The notes beneath the pieces are model-generated. The model saw only the letters and a list, made by a program, of their open reading frames with translations. It did not search any database and was not told the origin of the DNA. Made by a program: the position numbers and the translations under genes. Shown here one piece after another: positions 60,084-64,000 of a stretch of 64,000 bases of DNA (the stretch's first letter is position 1; the number at the start of each line of letters is the position of its first letter). The stretch spans positions 32,001-96,000 of the forward strand of contig CAVRUC010000002.1 of assembly GCA_963724295.1 (NCBI GenBank). Direction: 5' to 3'. This DNA comes from an uncultured Chloroflexia bacterium (lineage in GTDB: Bacteria; Chloroflexota; Chloroflexia; Thermomicrobiales; UBA6265).

Positions 60084-61100
60084 ATGCCGTCACACGATCG
60101 TCTGCTCCAGTCCCGGTTCACTCGTCGTCAGGCCTTGCTCACGCTGGCCGCATCGGCGGCGGCTCCCGCGCTCGCCTCCTCCTTCCCCCGCCCGGTCCTG
60201 GCCCAGGATCAGGTGACGCTGACCCTCGTCGCCTACTCCACCCCGCGCGAGGCCTACGAGGAGATCATCCCCCTCTTCCAGGCGACGCCCGAAGGCGCCA
60301 ATGTCGCATTCGAGACCTCGTTCGCGGCCTCAGGCGAGCAGAGCCGCGCCGTCGAGAGCGGTCTCCCGGCCGACATCGTTGCCCTCTCGCTCGAGCCGGA
60401 CATCACTCGCCTCATCGAACCGGGTCTTGTCGCCGAGGACTGGAACGCCGACGAGTACAACGGCATGGTGACCGACTCCGTCGTCGTCCTTGCCGTCCGC
60501 CCTGATAACCCGAAGGGGATCGCCACCTGGGACGATTTGCTCAAGGAGGGCGTCGAGGTCATCACCCCGAACCCGCTCACCTCGGGTGGCGCCCGTTGGA
60601 ACGTCATGGCCGGCTACGGCGCCCAGCTCGCGCTGGGCAAGACCGAAGAGGAGGCGCTCGAGTACCTGCGCCAGCTCTTCTCGCACGTCCCGGTGCTGGA
60701 CAAGAGCGCGCGCGAGTCGCTGGCGACATTCGCCGGCGGCAAAGGCGACGTGCTGATCGCCTACGAGAACGAGGCCATTACTGCCCAGCAAAAAGGTGAG
60801 CAGCTCGAGTACATCGTCCCCGATCAGACGATTCTCATCGAGAACCCTGTGGCGGTTGTTGCCGAGTCAGCCAACCCGGAGAAGGCCCAGGCCTTCATCG
60901 ACTTCTTGCGCACGCCCGAGGCGCAGCGAATCTTCGGCGAGAAGGGGTACCGGCCGATTTTGCCCGAGGTGCTGGCCGAGTTCGATTACCCCGACCCGCC
61001 GAGTCTCTTCACAATCGCCGACCACGGTGGGTGGGCCGAGGTGACCAGCACGTTCTTCGACGCGGAGAATGGTCTCGTCGCTCAGATCGTGCAGCAGTGA
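60084..61100 (+). CDS. sbp: Sulfate ABC transporter substrate-binding protein (Tat signal)
   Basis: TRRQAL signal, AYSTPRE, SGEQSRAV, NPKGI..WDDL, TPNP.TSGGARWN, YENEA. Confidence 0.95.
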   Translation: MPSHDRLLQSRFTRRQALLTLAASAAAPALASSFPRPVLAQDQVTLTLVAYSTPREAYEEIIPLFQATPEGANVAFETSFAASGEQSRAVESGLPADIVALSLEPDITRLIEPGLVAEDWNADEYNGMVTDSVVVLAVRPDNPKGIATWDDLLKEGVEVITPNPLTSGGARWNVMAGYGAQLALGKTEEEALEYLRQLFSHVPVLDKSARESLATFAGGKGDVLIAYENEAITAQQKGEQLEYIVPDQTILIENPVAVVAESANPEKAQAFIDFLRTPEAQRIFGEKGYRPILPEVLAEFDYPDPPSLFTIADHGGWAEVTSTFFDAENGLVAQIVQQ

Positions 61101-61951
61101 GTTCGACAACTCTTCCGGTTGGTGCGGCGGGCGCCGCACCAACCACCTCGACCCGGAAGGCGGGAACCTGGTCGATAGGAACGCCCCTCGCGCTCGGGGT
61201 AATCATCTCCTATATGAGCGTGATCGTGCTCATCCCGCTGGCCGCGGTCGTTTTTCGCTCTTTTGCCGGAGGCTGGGACGGGTTTTGGAGTGCGGTAACG
61301 TCCCCCCAAGCCCTGGCGGCGCTCCGCCTCAGCCTGCTCGGTTCCTTCGTCGTGGCCGCGATCAACGCGGTGATGGGGACCATCATCGCCTGGGTCCTGG
61401 TGCGCGATGAGTTCCCGGGCAAGGACGCGGTCAATGCCCTGATCGATCTTCCCTTCGCGCTGCCCACGATCGTGGCCGGTCTGACCTTGATTGCCCTTTA
61501 CGGATCGCGCAGCCCACTTGGGATCAATGTCGCCTACACGCAGGTGGCGGTGCTCCTGGCGTTGCTCTTCGTCACCCTCCCGTTCGTCGTGCGGGCGGTG
61601 CAGCCGGTTCTGGACGAGCTCGACCACGAGATGGAGCAGGCCGCGACGGCTCTCGGGGCAAGCCATTGGACGACCTTCCGTCTGATCGTGCTGCCAAACT
61701 TGCTGCCCGCCATCCTGGCCGGCGTCGGGCTCGGGTTCGCCCGTGCCATCGGCGAGTTCGGATCGGTGGTGCTCATCTCCGGAAACATTCCCTTCGAGAC
61801 TGAGGTCGCCGCCGTTCGCATCTACAGCCAGGTGGAGAACGACAACGTCACGGCCGCCGCGGCGCTTGCGGTCGTGCTGCTGACGATCTCGCTCGCGGTG
61901 CTCCTGATCATTTCCGGCATCGAGCGTTGGAGCCGCAAGCATGACCGGTAA
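61097..61951 (+). CDS. cysT: Sulfate ABC transporter permease CysT
   Basis: AWVLVR, DLPFALPT.VAG, LPFVVR.VQPV, FARAIGEFGSV. Confidence 0.95.
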   Translation: MSSTTLPVGAAGAAPTTSTRKAGTWSIGTPLALGVIISYMSVIVLIPLAAVVFRSFAGGWDGFWSAVTSPQALAALRLSLLGSFVVAAINAVMGTIIAWVLVRDEFPGKDAVNALIDLPFALPTIVAGLTLIALYGSRSPLGINVAYTQVAVLLALLFVTLPFVVRAVQPVLDELDHEMEQAATALGASHWTTFRLIVLPNLLPAILAGVGLGFARAIGEFGSVVLISGNIPFETEVAAVRIYSQVENDNVTAAAALAVVLLTISLAVLLIISGIERWSRKHDR

Positions 61952-62732
61952 GCTCGGTTTACGGGCGCTCTGCCTCGTCTACCTGGGCCTGCTCATTGTC
62001 GGACCGGTAGCGGTCATGCTCTGGCAGACGTTTTCGGGAGGGGTGGAGCCTGTTCTGGAAGCCTTGACCCGCCCCGCCTTCCTGCACGCCCTCAAACTAA
62101 CGCTGATCATCGCGCTCATTGCCGTACCTTTGAACACGATCTTTGGTGTCCTGTTCGCGTTGCTCGTCGTCCGCCACGAATTTCGCGGCAAGCAGATCCT
62201 CACGGCGTTGCTCGATCTGCCACTCGGTGTCTCGCCAGTCGTCGTCGGACTGGCGTTGATCATCGTCTACGGCCGTCGCGGTGAGTTCGGTGGCTGGTTG
62301 GCGGATCACGGCCTCCGCGTCATCTTCGCCCTGCCGGGGATGGTCCTGGCGACACTCTTCATCACCATTCCATTTGTTGCGCGTGAGGTGATCCCGGTGC
62401 TGCGCGAGATCGGCACCGAGCAGGAGCAGGCGGCGCGTACGCTGGGCGCCTCTCACTGGCAGATCTTCCGCATGATCACGCTACCCGCCATTCGCGTCGG
62501 GGTCGGCTTCGGCGTGGTCCTGACGACAGCCCGTGCCCTGGGCGAATACGGCGCGGTCGCCATCGTCTCGGGCAAGCTCTCCGGCCGAACCGAGACCATG
62601 ACGGTCCACGTCGAGGAGCGGTTCCTCGCCTTCGATTTAACCGGCGCCTACACCGCGTCGCTGGTGCTCGCCCTGCTGGCTCTGCTGACACTCTTCGCCA
62701 TGCAGCGGCTCAAGCCACGGGAAGGACATTGA
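61941..62732 (+). CDS. cysW: Sulfate ABC transporter permease CysW
   Basis: [34 protein letters not shown]. Confidence 0.95.
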   Translation: MTGKLGLRALCLVYLGLLIVGPVAVMLWQTFSGGVEPVLEALTRPAFLHALKLTLIIALIAVPLNTIFGVLFALLVVRHEFRGKQILTALLDLPLGVSPVVVGLALIIVYGRRGEFGGWLADHGLRVIFALPGMVLATLFITIPFVAREVIPVLREIGTEQEQAARTLGASHWQIFRMITLPAIRVGVGFGVVLTTARALGEYGAVAIVSGKLSGRTETMTVHVEERFLAFDLTGAYTASLVLALLALLTLFAMQRLKPREGH

Positions 62733-63800
62733 TGGGTATCTCAGTCCAGCAATTTGCGCAAGCGCTTCGGGGCGTTCACAGGCGCTCAACGACGTCTCGG
62801 TCGACGTCCCGGACGGCTCGCTGACCGCCCTCCTGGGTCCGAGCGGGTCAGCGGTAAGTAGCACGCTGCTGCGGGTCATCGCCGGGTTGGAAGAGCCGGA
62901 CAGCGGCGAGGTCGTCATCGACGGCCAGATTGCCACCGGACCTGCCGCCGCAGCAGCCGCAACGTCGGCTTCGTCTTCCAGCACTACGCCGCGTTCAAGC
63001 ACATGACCGTGCGCGACAACGTCGGGTTCGGGTTGCGAATCCGCAAGCGGCCGAAGGCGGAGATCCGGCAGCGCGTCGACGAGCTGCTCTCGCTGGTCCA
63101 GCTCGACGGGTTCGCCGAGCGCTATCCGGCTCAGCTCTCCGGCGGGCAGCGGCAACGCATGGCCCTGGCCCGGGCGCTGGCGGTCGAACCGCGGGTGCTG
63201 CTTCTGGACGAGCCGTTCGGGGCGTTGGATGCGCGCGTGCGCGAGGAGCTGCGCGACTGGCTGCGCCGCCTGCACGACGAGGTCCACGTCACCACGGTGC
63301 TGGTGACCCACGACCAGGAGGAGGCGATGGAGGTCGCCTCCCGCATCGTGGTGATGAACCACGGCCGCATCGAGCAGGTCGGGACGCCGGCTGAGCTCTA
63401 CGAACACCCCGCCACCGAGTTCGTGATGAGCTTCGTTGGCAAGGTCAATCGCATCGGCGATGCCTATATCCGCCCCCACGAGGTCGTCATCTGCGAGCTC
63501 GGCCGGCCGGGCTGTCTGCCGGCCACCATCGAGCGGGTAGTGACGCTCGGGTTCGAGAACCGGATCGAGCTGGCGCTGCCGGACGGCGAGCGCGTCTGGG
63601 CGCAGCTGACACGGGATGAGGTGGCGCGCATGCAACCGGCGACCGGTCAGGTCATCGGCGTCGATCTCAGCCAGAGCCGCCGTCCGGGCTGGGAGCCAGG
63701 AGGCTACGAACCGGCCCGGCCCGAGCCCGTCCCCGGCGCCGTGATCCCGTTGCGAAGTGACGACGAGCGGGGGTGGCGGGCGCGCGCCACCCGCGGCTGA
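62732..63800 (+). CDS. cysA: Sulfate ABC transporter ATP-binding protein (several 5' frameshifts)
   Basis: LLGPSG Walker A region, [36 protein letters not shown]-like tail. Confidence 0.93.
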
Positions 63801-63851
63801 TAGACCGCGATCGACGACGACCCGACCCAGGATCGAGAAGGAGGCAGCGCC

Positions 63852-63947
63852 ATGGACTCGTGGTCCGAAACAAGGAGCCTGGTCGTGCTCATGACGATTA
63901 TCGCCGTCTGCTACGTCCTGGGGCGCGCCCTCGCGGAGATGCTGTAG
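63852..63947 (+). CDS. Small single-pass membrane protein (31 aa)
   Basis: AAGGAGG RBS; MDSWSETRSLVVLMTIIAVCYVLGRALAEML*. Confidence 0.55.
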   Translation: MDSWSETRSLVVLMTIIAVCYVLGRALAEML

Positions 63948-64000
63948 CAGTGCGCCGGACATGGCGGCCTGATTTGCTACGATGCCGCCATGCCCTACTA

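Noticed and set aside
1900..62960. Calling the many frameshifted genes (FAD monooxygenase, TMEM175, ggt, formyltransferase, DJ-1, chrA, cysA) pseudogenes or programmed frameshifts
   Set aside because: They are scattered single-base indels, often at homopolymers, with otherwise intact motifs, so long-read consensus errors are the simplest explanation.

Overview
High-GC bacterial chromosomal segment. It is probably from Chloroflexota, order Thermomicrobiales; this is an inference from the nusA-ylxR-infB-rbfA-DHH-truB-ribF gene order without rimP, Tat-type 'QEATP' exported proteins and orphan receiver domains. Many genes carry single-base frameshifts, often at homopolymers, which suggests an unpolished long-read assembly. 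The window holds a core translation operon, prfC, ctaA, uppP, a fused accD-accA, homoserine dehydrogenase, a gamma-glutamyltransferase, a PAS/GAF-GGDEF-EAL protein, many methyltransferases and oxidoreductases, and an ArsC-like/ChrA/sulfate-ABC locus. The main unexplained structures are: (1) two tandem putative small RNAs at 57.5-58.0 kb, each with a near-consensus sigma70 promoter, hairpins with CCCUCCC anti-SD-like loops and a terminal hairpin, sharing a GTCYACTAAANNRGTAGAC palindromic operator with the sulfate ABC promoter; (2) a stand-alone structured RNA candidate at about 43.35 kb; (3) several families of modular palindromic repeats that supply stop codons or are read in frame into TruB, YlxR and RbfA; (4) a NusA with a transposase-C-terminal-like tail and a degenerate AccD-AccA fusion. 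No tRNA, rRNA, CRISPR array or intact transposase was recognised.
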